The notes under the pieces are model-generated. The model was not told where the DNA came from. It did not search any database and saw only the letters and a list, made by a program, of their open reading frames with translations. Made by a program: the position numbers and the translations under genes. Shown here piece by piece: positions 8,341 through 18,017 of a DNA stretch of 64,000 nt (positions within the stretch are counted from its first letter, which is position 1; each line of letters begins with the position of its first letter). The DNA lies in assembly GCA_964464405.1 (NCBI GenBank), contig CAYXFX010000001.1:3466-67465 (forward strand), read 5' to 3'. Source of the stretch: an uncultured Candidatus Saccharibacteria bacterium (GTDB lineage Bacteria > Patescibacteriota > Minisyncoccia > UBA11713 > 2-01-FULL-45-33).

Positions 8341-9021
8341 ATGGAAAAACATTCCTACGAGCAGTACGTAGGCAAAGAAAAAAATGAACGAAGAGAACTC
8401 ATGTCTGCGTCAGGAGCGCTTGATCGCAGACGTTTTTTGCTTTCCCGATCTCTGGAATGGAAAGAAAGAATAAAAAAATTACAGGAAGTTTTTTATGAAA
8501 TAAAACAAGATCACCCGGAAGTTGTCTCTCTTAGTTTATTTGGCTCACTTACAAAGGGCTATGCAAATGAGGAATCAGACGTTGATGGGTGGCTAAATAT
8601 TGATAACGACAAGACGCCTAAAAATTCGAGTCCTGAGCAATATCAAAACATGATAATATCGCATATAAAACATGCATTAAATTTGGATTACAAAAAAATT
8701 GAACATGTTGTCCCAGTGTTTTGGCAAAAAGAGGAAATAATACACATGTGTAAGCATAAGGATGTCGGTGATCTTGTCAAATTATTTACGCTTTCAATCG
8801 GAAGGGATATAAATAATTATCGCAAGATTGTGTTTGATGAGTTGGAAAAAGAGGGATTGGATGGCGAAATTGTATGGATATCACTAATGGACAAATTGGC
8901 TTTATTTGAGAGCGGAGGTTTAGACGGGGCGGCACAGAGGAAACGGAGAAAACTTTACCCCAGAAATTTAGCAGAGGGAAGGAAGTATTTTTTGCAAGGG
9001 TTGCCGGATGAGATTTCGTAA
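8341..9021 (+). CDS. Pol-beta-superfamily nucleotidyltransferase (KNTase/ANT/Lnu-like two-domain architecture)
   Basis: hGS-x10-DVD motif (LFGSLTKGYANEESDVDGWLNID) followed by ~100-aa helical C-terminal region; inserted between rpsG and fusA. Confidence 0.6.
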   Translation: MEKHSYEQYVGKEKNERRELMSASGALDRRRFLLSRSLEWKERIKKLQEVFYEIKQDHPEVVSLSLFGSLTKGYANEESDVDGWLNIDNDKTPKNSSPEQYQNMIISHIKHALNLDYKKIEHVVPVFWQKEEIIHMCKHKDVGDLVKLFTLSIGRDINNYRKIVFDELEKEGLDGEIVWISLMDKLALFESGGLDGAAQRKRRKLYPRNLAEGRKYFLQGLPDEIS

Positions 9022-9102
9022 TTTGCCTCTTTTGTTTTTTTTGTTTATCCTATAAACTATTCTTGTTTTTATTAATTAATGTAAATTGCATTTTTATTTT
9101 TT

Positions 9103-11202
9103 ATGGCACGCGAATATCCGATCGAAAAAGTAAGAGATATAGGAATCATCGCTCATATTGATGCAGGGAAAACTACGGTTTCTGAGCGGGTTCTTTTTTA
9201 TACCGGAATTTCTCATAAAATTGGTGAGGTGCACGAGGGCGAGGCTGTAATGGATTGGATGGAGCAGGAGCGTGAGCGCGGAATTACTATTACATCTGCA
9301 GCAACAACCTGTTTTTGGAAGCCCACATATCTTCCGCAGGAGAAAAAAAATGAATATCGGATAAATATCATTGATACTCCCGGCCACGTGGATTTTACAG
9401 TCGAGGTGGAGCGCTCGCTTCGCGTTTTAGACGGAGGAGTTGTTGTTTTTGACGGTGTTGCCGGAGTTGAACCCCAATCTGAAACCGTCTGGAGGCAAGC
9501 AGATAAATATAATGTGCCCAGAATTTGTTTTATAAATAAGCTCGATCGCATGGGGGCTTCTTTTGATAACAGTTTTAAATCTATTCTTGACCGCTTAACT
9601 CCGAATGCCGTTGCAATTACTATTCCTGTGGGGCTTGAATCGGATTTCGCGGGAATAATCGATCTTATGCGGATGAAATTTATTAAATTTGAAGGAGTAA
9701 ACGGTGAAAAAATAGTAGAAGAAGAAATTCCTGAAGATAAAAAGGATTACGTAAAGGAATGGCGGCATAAATTGATTGAACGTATTGCGGGAGAAGACGA
9801 CGTGCTAACTGAAAAATATCTGGAAGGAAAGGACATCAGCATTGACGAGCTAAGAAGCGCATTAAGGAAGGCAACAATTTCATATAAATTGGTTCCTGTT
9901 TTTTGCGGATCTGCTTTAAAAAATAAAGGAGTGCAGATAATGTTAGACGGCGTAATAGATTATTTACCTAGTCCAATTGAGCTTCCTCCTACAAAAGGAG
10001 TTGGTTTTAAGGGAGAGGAAGTTGCACGCGAAGCAAAGGACGATGTTCCTTTTACAGCACTTGCATTTAAATTACAGACCGATCCCTATGTCGGACAGCT
10101 TACATATTTTCGGGTTTATTCAGGCGTGCTTTCTGCTGGTTCTTACGTTTTAAATTCAACAACCGACAGCAAGGAACGCGTGGGCAGAATTTTGCGCATG
10201 CATGCAAACCACAGAGAAGAAGTAAAAGAAATGCAGGCTGGAGATATCGGCGCGATCGTTGGCCTAAAAAATACTAAAACAGGAGACACTCTTTGCGATC
10301 CGGATCACCCGATAATTTTAGAGAAAATTACATTCCCCGAACCAGTTGTTTCCTTGAGGATTGAACCTAAAACAAAAGCGGACCAGGAGAAAATGGGGTT
10401 GGCTTTGCACCGTCTTTCCGAAGAGGATCCAACCTTCAGAATTAAAGGGGACGAAGAAACTATGGAGACAATTATTTCTGGCATGGGCGAACTGCATTTA
10501 GAAATTATTGTTGATCGAATGAAAAGAGAATTTAAAGTTGAGGCAAACGTAGGGCGCCCACAGGTTGCTTATAAAGAAACAGTTAAAAAAGAAGCTGAAG
10601 CCGAAGGAAAATATATTAAGCAATCGGGAGGAAGGGGGCAATACGGCCATGTATGGCTTCGTGTAAAGCCATTGGAAAGAGGCAAGGGTTTTGAATTTGA
10701 AAATGCAATCAGAGGCGGAGTAATTCCGCAAGAATTTATTCCGGCAGTTGAAAAAGGAGTGTTGGAAACTTTAGACAAGGGGGTTGTTGCTGGGTATCCG
10801 ATGGTTGATATGGAGGTGACGCTTTATGACGGATCGTATCACGAAGTGGACTCATCTGAGGCTGCATTTAAAATCGCGGGATCGATCGCTTTAAAAGAAG
10901 CTGTAAAACGCGCAACGCCCGTAATTTTAGAGCCCGTTATGAAAGTTGAAGTTGTAACACCAGATCAATTTTTGGGGGATATCACGGGCGATTTATCTTC
11001 AAAACGCGGAAGAATTGAAAGAATGTCTGAGCGGACGAATGTGAAAGTTATAGATGCGAAAGTTCCGCTTTCTGAAATGTTCGGGTATGTAACAAAACTC
11101 CGCTCGATGACAGAAGGAAGAGCGAGTTACACGATGGAGTTTGACCACTACGAAGAAGTTCCGAATAATATTGCGGAGTTGATTAAGGAAGGAAAAAAGT
11201 AA
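9103..11202 (+). CDS. fusA: elongation factor G
   Basis: [10 protein letters not shown]1 motif, DTPGHVDF, full-length EF-G domains. Confidence 0.95.
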   Translation: MAREYPIEKVRDIGIIAHIDAGKTTVSERVLFYTGISHKIGEVHEGEAVMDWMEQERERGITITSAATTCFWKPTYLPQEKKNEYRINIIDTPGHVDFTVEVERSLRVLDGGVVVFDGVAGVEPQSETVWRQADKYNVPRICFINKLDRMGASFDNSFKSILDRLTPNAVAITIPVGLESDFAGIIDLMRMKFIKFEGVNGEKIVEEEIPEDKKDYVKEWRHKLIERIAGEDDVLTEKYLEGKDISIDELRSALRKATISYKLVPVFCGSALKNKGVQIMLDGVIDYLPSPIELPPTKGVGFKGEEVAREAKDDVPFTALAFKLQTDPYVGQLTYFRVYSGVLSAGSYVLNSTTDSKERVGRILRMHANHREEVKEMQAGDIGAIVGLKNTKTGDTLCDPDHPIILEKITFPEPVVSLRIEPKTKADQEKMGLALHRLSEEDPTFRIKGDEETMETIISGMGELHLEIIVDRMKREFKVEANVGRPQVAYKETVKKEAEAEGKYIKQSGGRGQYGHVWLRVKPLERGKGFEFENAIRGGVIPQEFIPAVEKGVLETLDKGVVAGYPMVDMEVTLYDGSYHEVDSSEAAFKIAGSIALKEAVKRATPVILEPVMKVEVVTPDQFLGDITGDLSSKRGRIERMSERTNVKVIDAKVPLSEMFGYVTKLRSMTEGRASYTMEFDHYEEVPNNIAELIKEGKK

Positions 11203-11322
11203 TTTTAAATTCTCAATTATCAACTTACAATGAATTTTCAATATTAAATTAATTTTCAATTTAAAATTTTAAATTATATATTTATTGAAAATTGGAAATT
11301 AAAAATTGTAAATTTTTCAACC

Positions 11323-11478
11323 ATGGACGATGACTTAATTTTAGGCGAGGAATTTTTGTCTGAAACGGTAGACCAAATTTTTTTGGACGATGCGCCGCAA
11401 GGCGAAACACTTCTCTCCGAAAAACTTCTCTCGCAAAATTTAGAGGAAGAACTTTCCCTTGACGACTTGCCCTTATAG
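11323..11478 (+). CDS. possible small acidic protein (51 aa), speculative
   Basis: ATG..TAG ORF MDDDLILGEEFLSETVDQIFLDDAPQGETLLSEKLLSQNLEEELSLDDLPL in otherwise noncoding spacer; no clear RBS; below the ORF-track size cutoff. Confidence 0.25.
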   Translation: MDDDLILGEEFLSETVDQIFLDDAPQGETLLSEKLLSQNLEEELSLDDLPL

Positions 11479-11500
11479 ATTTTTTGCAGTTTTTTGCTTG

Positions 11501-11535
11501 TTGCATTTTCGATACGATCGTGATAGTTTTGCAAC
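11501..11535. promoter_or_regulatory. 35-bp nested palindrome TTGCAttttcgatACGATCGTgatagttTTGCAAca (copy 1)
   Basis: Outer TTGCA/TGCAA inverted repeat around central ACGATCGT palindrome; abuts ATG of the PaaX-like gene; near-identical copy at 12131. Confidence 0.5.
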
Positions 11536-12102
11536 ATGGGTCAACGGTTAAGTAAAAGAGAAAAAGATAAAAAAGTAAAAAATGGCAAATTTTCTGCCCC
11601 CAACTTTGTATTGTTGACGCTCAATAGAATGGTTAATTGCCCGTTCGAAATACTGTTGGAATCCGGAAAAATAAAAAACCAACTAAGGCCTTCGTCAACA
11701 AAGTCTGCTGTATACAGATTGCAAAAAAGAAATTTAATTTTTGCTGAACGGCGCGGAAAGAAAATTTTGTTTGCTCTTACAGAAGAAGGAGCAAAAGAAG
11801 CCGAAAAAATCAAATTTAAATTTACGAAGCCAAATTTTCAAAAGTGGGATGGAAAGTGGAGAGTTATTATTTTTGATATTCCGGAAAAATTACGTGGCAA
11901 ACGCGACTTGTTAAGAAAAGAGCTTGTTGGTTTTGGATTTATGCAACTTCAAAAAAGCGTTTGGGCTTATCCTAACTCGTTACCCAATGAGTTTATAGAT
12001 TTTTGGAGAGAAGCCGGGATATTAAAACATTGCGTAATTTTTGAAGCGGATAGAATAGAAAACGGAAAAAATTTGGAAAAATTCTTTTTCAACAAAGTTT
12101 AA
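11536..12102 (+). CDS. PaaX-family-like transcriptional regulator
   Basis: C-terminal WDGKWRVIIFDIPEKLRGKRDLLRKELVGFGFMQLQKSVW matches the PaaX_C signature (W.G.W.lv.fdIPE..R..R..LR..L...GFG.L..SVW); N-terminal basic/HTH-like region. Confidence 0.6.
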   Translation: MGQRLSKREKDKKVKNGKFSAPNFVLLTLNRMVNCPFEILLESGKIKNQLRPSSTKSAVYRLQKRNLIFAERRGKKILFALTEEGAKEAEKIKFKFTKPNFQKWDGKWRVIIFDIPEKLRGKRDLLRKELVGFGFMQLQKSVWAYPNSLPNEFIDFWREAGILKHCVIFEADRIENGKNLEKFFFNKV

Positions 12103-12130
12103 AAGTTGAATACAAAATAAATAGTTTGTG

Positions 12131-12166
12131 TTGCATTTTTATTACGATCGTATCAGTTTTGCAACA
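12131..12166. promoter_or_regulatory. nested palindrome TTGCAtttttatTACGATCGTAtcagttTTGCAAca (copy 2)
   Basis: Same architecture as 11501-11535 with central 10-bp palindrome TACGATCGTA; ~70 bp upstream of putative tuf promoter. Confidence 0.5.
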
Positions 12167-12233
12167 AAGATGTTTTTGACTATTTTTGTTTTTTTATGCC
12201 CAGTTTTTGCCCATTATGAACGGTTTCATGGTA

Positions 12234-12262
12234 TTGACACGTTTTTTAGCATCGTATAACAT
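12234..12262 (+). promoter_or_regulatory. putative sigma-70 promoter for tuf (TTGACA-N15-TATAAC or N17-TAACAT)
   Basis: Perfect -35 hexamer and acceptable -10 about 60 nt upstream of tuf ATG. Confidence 0.4.
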
Positions 12263-12322
12263 ACTTCGTATACGCGATTTTGTCGCGTGTTGGCTTTTAA
12301 TAACCTAAATTTTATATAAATT

Positions 12323-13516
12323 ATGGCAGAGAAATTTGAAAGGACGAAGCCGCACTTAAATGTGGGAACTATAGGACACGTCGACCATGGAAAGACCACC
12401 TTAACAGCGGCAATTTTAAATGTATTAAATTTGGCCGGAAATAAGGCCAGAATCGAGAAAGTCGAAGATATCGACAATGCTCCAGAAGAGAGACAGCGCG
12501 GAATTACTATTGCTCTTCACCACTCTGAATACGAGACAGAAAAGCGCCACTACGCGCATATCGATGCCCCGGGGCACGCTGATTACATCAAAAACATGAT
12601 CACGGGAGCCGCCCAAATGGATGGCGCTGTTTTGGTGGTTTCGGCGGCGGATGGGCCGATGCCTCAAACAAGAGAGCACATTTTGCTTGCGCGCCAAGTC
12701 GGAGTGCCTGCAATTGTGGTTTTCTTAAACAAAGTTGATATGGTGGACGACAAAGAGCTCGTTGATCTAGTGGAAACAGAAGTAAGAGAACTTTTGACAA
12801 AATATGAATACCCGGGAGACAAAACCCCGATTATCCGCGGTTCAGCGTTAAAAGCACTTGAAGCCAAATCAAAAGATGATGAATGGGCAAAGCCGATTTT
12901 GGAATTAGCCAAACAACTTGACGAATATATTCCTGAACCAGTTCGCGACATAGAAAAGCCATTTCTTATGCCTGTTGAAGATGTTTTTTCAATTGAAGGA
13001 AGAGGGACGGTTGTTACCGGCCGTATTGAAAGAGGAAAAATTAAATTAAACGAAGAAATCGAAATTGTAGGTTTGAAAGATACCCAGAAAACTGTTGTAA
13101 CTGGAATCGAAATGTTCAATAAACAATTGGATGAAGGAATGTCGGGAGACAACGCGGGTATATTGTTAAGAGGCGTTAAAAAAGAAGATGTCGAGCGTGG
13201 ACAGGTTTTAGCAAAACCCGGTTCAATTACCCCTCATACCGAATTTGAAGCCGAAATTTATGTGCTTACCAAAGAAGAGGGAGGACGCCATACGCCGTTC
13301 TTTACCGGATATAAGCCCCAATTTTATATCAGAACGACCGATGTTACCGGCGAAGTTACTTTACCGCAAGGAACTGAAATGGTAATGCCGGGAGACACAG
13401 TAAAATTTAGCGTAAAACTTATAGCGCCGGTTGCTCTTGAAGAAAAATTGAGATTTGCGGTTCGCGAAGGAGGAAAGACGGTAGGAGCGGGAATTGTAAC
13501 CAAAATTAATAAATAA
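12323..13516 (+). CDS. tuf: elongation factor Tu
   Basis: [22 protein letters not shown]; 397 aa. Confidence 0.95.
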   Translation: MAEKFERTKPHLNVGTIGHVDHGKTTLTAAILNVLNLAGNKARIEKVEDIDNAPEERQRGITIALHHSEYETEKRHYAHIDAPGHADYIKNMITGAAQMDGAVLVVSAADGPMPQTREHILLARQVGVPAIVVFLNKVDMVDDKELVDLVETEVRELLTKYEYPGDKTPIIRGSALKALEAKSKDDEWAKPILELAKQLDEYIPEPVRDIEKPFLMPVEDVFSIEGRGTVVTGRIERGKIKLNEEIEIVGLKDTQKTVVTGIEMFNKQLDEGMSGDNAGILLRGVKKEDVERGQVLAKPGSITPHTEFEAEIYVLTKEEGGRHTPFFTGYKPQFYIRTTDVTGEVTLPQGTEMVMPGDTVKFSVKLIAPVALEEKLRFAVREGGKTVGAGIVTKINK

Positions 13517-13554
13517 TCTTTAACAACTAAACCAGTTAACTCTAATTAACAGCA

Positions 13555-13896
13555 ATGGCCGCAGCAAGCCCAAAAACAAAAGAAGCGCCCGAGATAACGA
13601 AGCTTCGAATCCGTGTTCGCGCGTACGACCACAAAATTTTGGACTCTTCGGTGAAGCAGATAGTGGATACCGCATTAAGATATGGAGCTGAAATAACAGG
13701 TCCTGTGCCGTTGCCGACTGAAATCAAAAAGTATACGGTAAATCGCTCGTCTTTCGTTTACAAAAATGCAAGAGAACAGTTTGAAATGAGAGTCCACAAG
13801 CGCTTGATAGATATTTTAAACCCTACTCCTAAAATTATTGATGCTCTGACAAATCTCAATTTGCCTGCGGGAGTGGATATAGAAGTAAAAATGTAA
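13555..13896 (+). CDS. rpsJ: 30S ribosomal protein S10
   Basis: [14 protein letters not shown]...GPVPLPT signature. Confidence 0.9.
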   Translation: MAAASPKTKEAPEITKLRIRVRAYDHKILDSSVKQIVDTALRYGAEITGPVPLPTEIKKYTVNRSSFVYKNAREQFEMRVHKRLIDILNPTPKIIDALTNLNLPAGVDIEVKM

Positions 13897-14501
13897 TGAC
13901 AAAATTTATACTCGCAAAAAAAATCGAAATGTCTCAAATTTTCGATGATAAAGGCACTGTACATCCCGTAACATGGCTGGAGGCTGGGCCTGTTTTTGTG
14001 ACACAAAAAAAATCTAAAGAAAAAGACGGTTACGTTGCAGTACAAATTGGATTTGGTTCAAAAAAAGAAAAGAATGTAAAAAAACCACAAAAAAGACTCG
14101 GAAACTTCAGTGTTTTTAAGGAATTTAGGCAAAGAGACGAATCCGAACCTCCTTTAAATATTGGAGATAAAATTGATGCATCAGTTTTTGGAGAGGGAGA
14201 CGTTGTAGAAGTTAGCGGAACTTCCAAGGGAAAAGGTTTTCAGGGAGTTGTAAAAAGGCACGGCTTTCATGGCGGACCGCGTACCCATGGGCAAAAACAT
14301 TCCGAGCGCGAACCCGGTTCGATCGGGGCAGTGTGGCCACAGAGAGTTTTAAAGGGTAAGCGAATGGCCGGGCACATGGGGGTGGACCGTATTACCGTAA
14401 AAAATCTTAAAGTTATAAAAATTCTTCCTGATAAAAACCTAATGGCCATTGAAGGCGCAATCCCAGGCCACAGAGGAAGCCTGGTTGAAGTAAGAGGATA
14501 A
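13896..14501 (+). CDS. rplC: 50S ribosomal protein L3
   Basis: TAATG overlap with rpsJ; L3 motifs (FQGVVKRHGFHGGPRTHGQ). Confidence 0.9.
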   Translation: MTKFILAKKIEMSQIFDDKGTVHPVTWLEAGPVFVTQKKSKEKDGYVAVQIGFGSKKEKNVKKPQKRLGNFSVFKEFRQRDESEPPLNIGDKIDASVFGEGDVVEVSGTSKGKGFQGVVKRHGFHGGPRTHGQKHSEREPGSIGAVWPQRVLKGKRMAGHMGVDRITVKNLKVIKILPDKNLMAIEGAIPGHRGSLVEVRG

Positions 14502-14635
14502 AAATTTGTAAATTTGCCCCCTTGCGAGGGTTTTTTGTTCATGCTAGCATTAAAATCACTTGTGAGAATGAATAGAAATTTAGAAATTAACTTTATGAAA
14601 GGGTGAAGTGACCCATTATTTCGGTGGATTTAGCG

Positions 14636-14672
14636 CCGAGACGGGGCATGCCCGCCTCGGTTTTGTTTTTTT
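14636..14672 (+). promoter_or_regulatory. terminator-like hairpin + U-tract immediately upstream of rplD (possible attenuator)
   Basis: CCGAG..GGGCATGCCC..CTCGG stem followed by TTTTGTTTTTTT ending 1 nt before rplD ATG. Confidence 0.4.
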
Positions 14673-15323
14673 ATGAAAGTAGAAACTTACAACACAAGCG
14701 GAGAAAAAATAGGAAAGGCTGATCTTCCGGATCGGATTTTTGGAGCTCGTTGGAATCAGGCGCTAGTAAAACAAGTTTATGACGGAGAAATGGCAAATAA
14801 GCGATTGCCTTGGGCACATACAAAAACTAGAGGCGAAGTTTCTGGAGGCGGGAAAAAACCGTGGAGGCAAAAAGGAACGGGGCGTGCGAGGCACGGGTCA
14901 ATCAGATCGCCATTGTGGATAGGAGGAGGAGTTTCGCATGGGCCAAGAAATGAAAGAAGCTTTAAAGTAAAAATCAATAAGAAAATGAGAAGAGGTGCTC
15001 TGCTCTCGCTTCTTTCTAAAAAATTAAATGAAAAAGAGATTTTAGTACTCGACGACTTTAATTTAGTAAATTCGAAAACAAAAGAAATATTTACAATTTT
15101 TAAAAATCTGCGAGAAAAAGCAGAGGCTTACCGTTTAGGAGAAAAGGGCGGAAAAACGTTGCTTGCACTTCTAAAAAACGAAAATGCGCTTCGCGCTTCA
15201 AAAAATTTGCCTTACGTAAATTTTATTGAGCCCCGAAATTTAAATGTAATTGAACTGCTACACAATAAATATGTAGTATTGGACAAATTGAGCATTGAGG
15301 AATTAGAAAAAGTATTTAAATAA
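14673..15323 (+). CDS. rplD: 50S ribosomal protein L4
   Basis: L4 family similarity, position after rplC. Confidence 0.9.
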   Translation: MKVETYNTSGEKIGKADLPDRIFGARWNQALVKQVYDGEMANKRLPWAHTKTRGEVSGGGKKPWRQKGTGRARHGSIRSPLWIGGGVSHGPRNERSFKVKINKKMRRGALLSLLSKKLNEKEILVLDDFNLVNSKTKEIFTIFKNLREKAEAYRLGEKGGKTLLALLKNENALRASKNLPYVNFIEPRNLNVIELLHNKYVVLDKLSIEELEKVFK

Positions 15324-15325
15324 CC

Positions 15326-15790
15326 ATGCCGTTTAATATAAACCAAATTTTGGGAAGCTGGAGACGGAAAGAAACCAAAGGGAAAGAAAAATCCCGCGAG
15401 TCTTTAGCGCATCGCAAGGCGGCGGATACCGAAAAAACCATTCCGCAAGTAAGGGACGCAGAAAAAAAGGAAGAGACGTCTATTTCAAAAGAATCTGTCG
15501 TAAAAAAGGGGGAGAGCGAATTTGCTTCGAACCTTCTTATTTCTCCGCATATTTCTGAAAAAGCGACAATCGCAGGCGAGGGAAATTATATTTTTAAAGT
15601 AAATAACAATTCAAATAAAAATAATGTAAAGAAAGCCGTTGAAGAGAGATACGGAGTTGAAGTAACAAAAATAAACGTAATAAACACTCCGGACAAAAAA
15701 AGAAGGAGAGGGGCGGTTTATGGGATAAAATCCGGATATAAGAAAGCAATTATCAGATTAAAAGAAGGACAAACCATTAGCGAATTTTAA
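15326..15790 (+). CDS. rplW: 50S ribosomal protein L23 with ~55-aa Lys/Glu-rich N-terminal extension
   Basis: C-terminal 95 aa match L23 (ISPHISEKA...YIFKV...VINTP); position between rplD and rplB. Confidence 0.85.
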   Translation: MPFNINQILGSWRRKETKGKEKSRESLAHRKAADTEKTIPQVRDAEKKEETSISKESVVKKGESEFASNLLISPHISEKATIAGEGNYIFKVNNNSNKNNVKKAVEERYGVEVTKINVINTPDKKRRRGAVYGIKSGYKKAIIRLKEGQTISEF

Positions 15791-15805
15791 TCCATTAAAT
15801 TAATT

Positions 15806-16639
15806 ATGAAAGTCTATCCGCCAAGATCACCATCAAGAAGACAGTTAACTGGAATAAATTACCGGGAATTTTTGACGCGCAGAGAGCCCGAAAAATCTTT
15901 GATTAAAGGAATTAAGAAAAATGCCGGAAGAAATAATTTGGGTAGGATTACAACCCGCCATCAAGGAGGAGGATCAAAAAAACTTTTAAGATTTATTGAT
16001 TTTAAATTTGATAAAAAAGATATCCCCGCGCGCGTGCTTTCGGTTGAATACGATCCTTTCCGCACCGCGTTTATCGGGCTTGTTTTATATAAAGATGGAG
16101 AAAAACGGTATGTTGTTTTGCCTAAAGACGTTCGACCGGGAAGAGAAATTTTAGTTTCGGAAAACGCTCCGCTCATCGCGGGGAATCGTTTGCCGATGTC
16201 CGCGCTTCCTGTCGGAGCTCTTATTTACAACGTTTCTTTGTCTCCTGAAGGTAAGGCTGCCTTGGTGAGATCTGCCGGATCTTTTGCGGAAGTTCTTGCG
16301 CAAGACGAGGGTTTAACTACAATAAAACTGCCTTCGGGAGAAATAAGAAAAGTTACAAGCCGCGCTTGGGCAAGTATTGGACAAGTTTCAAACGACGAAC
16401 ACAGTCTGGTTGTTATCGGAAAAGCAGGAAGATCGCGCTGGATGGGGGTGCGCCCGACTGTTCGCGGATCTGCCATGAATCCTGTTGATCATCCTTACGG
16501 AGGGGGAGAAGGAAGGACAATGCGCGGAACAAGAAGACCGAAAAATAAATGGGGCAAAGGAACAAGAGGAGTAAAAACAAGAAATCGCAACAAGTATTCA
16601 TCAAGATTTATAATTAGCAGAAGAACAAAAAATGGCTAG
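15806..16639 (+). CDS. rplB: 50S ribosomal protein L2
   Basis: L2 signature [27 protein letters not shown]. Confidence 0.95.
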   Translation: MKVYPPRSPSRRQLTGINYREFLTRREPEKSLIKGIKKNAGRNNLGRITTRHQGGGSKKLLRFIDFKFDKKDIPARVLSVEYDPFRTAFIGLVLYKDGEKRYVVLPKDVRPGREILVSENAPLIAGNRLPMSALPVGALIYNVSLSPEGKAALVRSAGSFAEVLAQDEGLTTIKLPSGEIRKVTSRAWASIGQVSNDEHSLVVIGKAGRSRWMGVRPTVRGSAMNPVDHPYGGGEGRTMRGTRRPKNKWGKGTRGVKTRNRNKYSSRFIISRRTKNG

Positions 16640-16976
16640 GAGTTTAAAAAAAGGAGCATATATTGACGAAAAGTTGCTAAAGAAAATTAGCAATATTAAG
16701 GCTGGGTCAAGAACTGTAATAAAAACTTGGTCTCGCAGATCAACAATCAGTCCGGAAATGGTGGGCTATATATTCGGGGTTCATAATGGCCGAGATTTTA
16801 TCCCAGTAAATGTAACTGAAGAAATGGTGGGGCACAAACTAGGAGAATTTTCACCGACCCGCAAATTCGTGCGCCACGGAGGAAAAATGCAGAAAGAATT
16901 AGAAATGAAAGCCGCTGAAGCCGAGAAAGCTTCAAAAGTTGCGGCGACAGAAGCGGCTCCTGCGGCAAAGAAATAA
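16632..16976 (+). CDS. rpsS: 30S ribosomal protein S19 with Ala/Lys-rich C-terminal tail
   Basis: ARSLKKG...[31 protein letters not shown]. Confidence 0.9.
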   Translation: MARSLKKGAYIDEKLLKKISNIKAGSRTVIKTWSRRSTISPEMVGYIFGVHNGRDFIPVNVTEEMVGHKLGEFSPTRKFVRHGGKMQKELEMKAAEAEKASKVAATEAAPAAKK

Positions 16977-16989
16977 AAAATAAAATAAT

Positions 16990-17331
16990 ATGAAAGAAAT
17001 AAAAGCACATTTAAGATATTTGAGGATGGCGCCACGGAAAGTGAGGGTTGTTGGAAATGCAATTAGGGGGAAATCTGCGGTGTCCGCAAGCATCGCGCTT
17101 AAACTTATGCCGCGGCGCCCAGCCGAGCCTTTGTTGAAGCTCCTCCGTTCGGCTGTCGCAAACGCAAAGCACAATTTTAATATTTCTGAAGAAAAGCTTG
17201 TTGTTTCCGGCGTTCGTGTGGATAAGGGACCGATTTTAAAACGCTTTATGCCTAGGGCCCGCGGTATGGGCGCTTCGATTCACAAGCATTCGAGTCATAT
17301 TACGATAGTTCTAAAGGAATCGGCTAAATAA
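16990..17331 (+). CDS. rplV: 50S ribosomal protein L22
   Basis: L22 family, operon position. Confidence 0.9.
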   Translation: MKEIKAHLRYLRMAPRKVRVVGNAIRGKSAVSASIALKLMPRRPAEPLLKLLRSAVANAKHNFNISEEKLVVSGVRVDKGPILKRFMPRARGMGASIHKHSSHITIVLKESAK

Positions 17332-17336
17332 AATTT

Positions 17337-18014
17337 ATGAGCAAAACATCACATCCATACGCTTTAAGAATAGGAATTTTGCGGACATGGAAGTCGCGCT
17401 GGTTTAACACGGGAAAATACAGACATCTTTTAAAAGAAGATATCGGACTCAGGGAATTACTGGCAAAAAAATTAAGGGGCATGTTTGTTGATTCGGTAGA
17501 TATTGAAAGATCTCCGACTTCTTTAAACATTACCATAAAAACGGGGCGCCCCGGGCTTTTGATAGGAAGAGGGGGGGAAGGAATCGAAAAATTAAAAAAC
17601 GAAGTTGTTTTATGGTTGAATAAGACAAGAACGAAAGAAAAGAAATTGGAAAAATTAAATCCGGGCGCGGTTAAATTGAACGTGGAAGAAATTAAAACTC
17701 CGGAAATGTATTCAAATATTGTAGTTGAGCAAATTGCGCAGGATCTTGAGAAGCGCCTTCCTTTCAGGCGGGTGATGAAGCAAAACTTAAGCAAGGTTAT
17801 GGCGGTCCACGAAGTGGAAGGTGTAAAAATTGCTCTTTCTGGAAGATTGGATGGAGCTGAAATGGCGCGCTATGAGTGGTTGCGGGAAGGGAAAATTCCG
17901 TTGCAAACATTAAGGGCAGACGTCGATTTTGCGAGAGGCAGAGCTCATCTGCCTTATGGAGACTTAGGAATCAAGGTGTGGATTTATAAAGGCGAGGTTT
18001 TTTATAAAAAATAA
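17337..18014 (+). CDS. rpsC: 30S ribosomal protein S3
   Basis: KH domain and S3 C-terminal domain motifs. Confidence 0.9.
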   Translation: MSKTSHPYALRIGILRTWKSRWFNTGKYRHLLKEDIGLRELLAKKLRGMFVDSVDIERSPTSLNITIKTGRPGLLIGRGGEGIEKLKNEVVLWLNKTRTKEKKLEKLNPGAVKLNVEEIKTPEMYSNIVVEQIAQDLEKRLPFRRVMKQNLSKVMAVHEVEGVKIALSGRLDGAEMARYEWLREGKIPLQTLRADVDFARGRAHLPYGDLGIKVWIYKGEVFYKK

Positions 18015-18017
18015 TTT

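Noticed and set aside
11536-12102. Possibility that the PaaX-like protein is a Cas2 or VapD-type nuclease marking a CRISPR locus
   Set aside because: No cas1, no repeat-spacer array anywhere in the window. The motif matches PaaX_C rather than Cas2.
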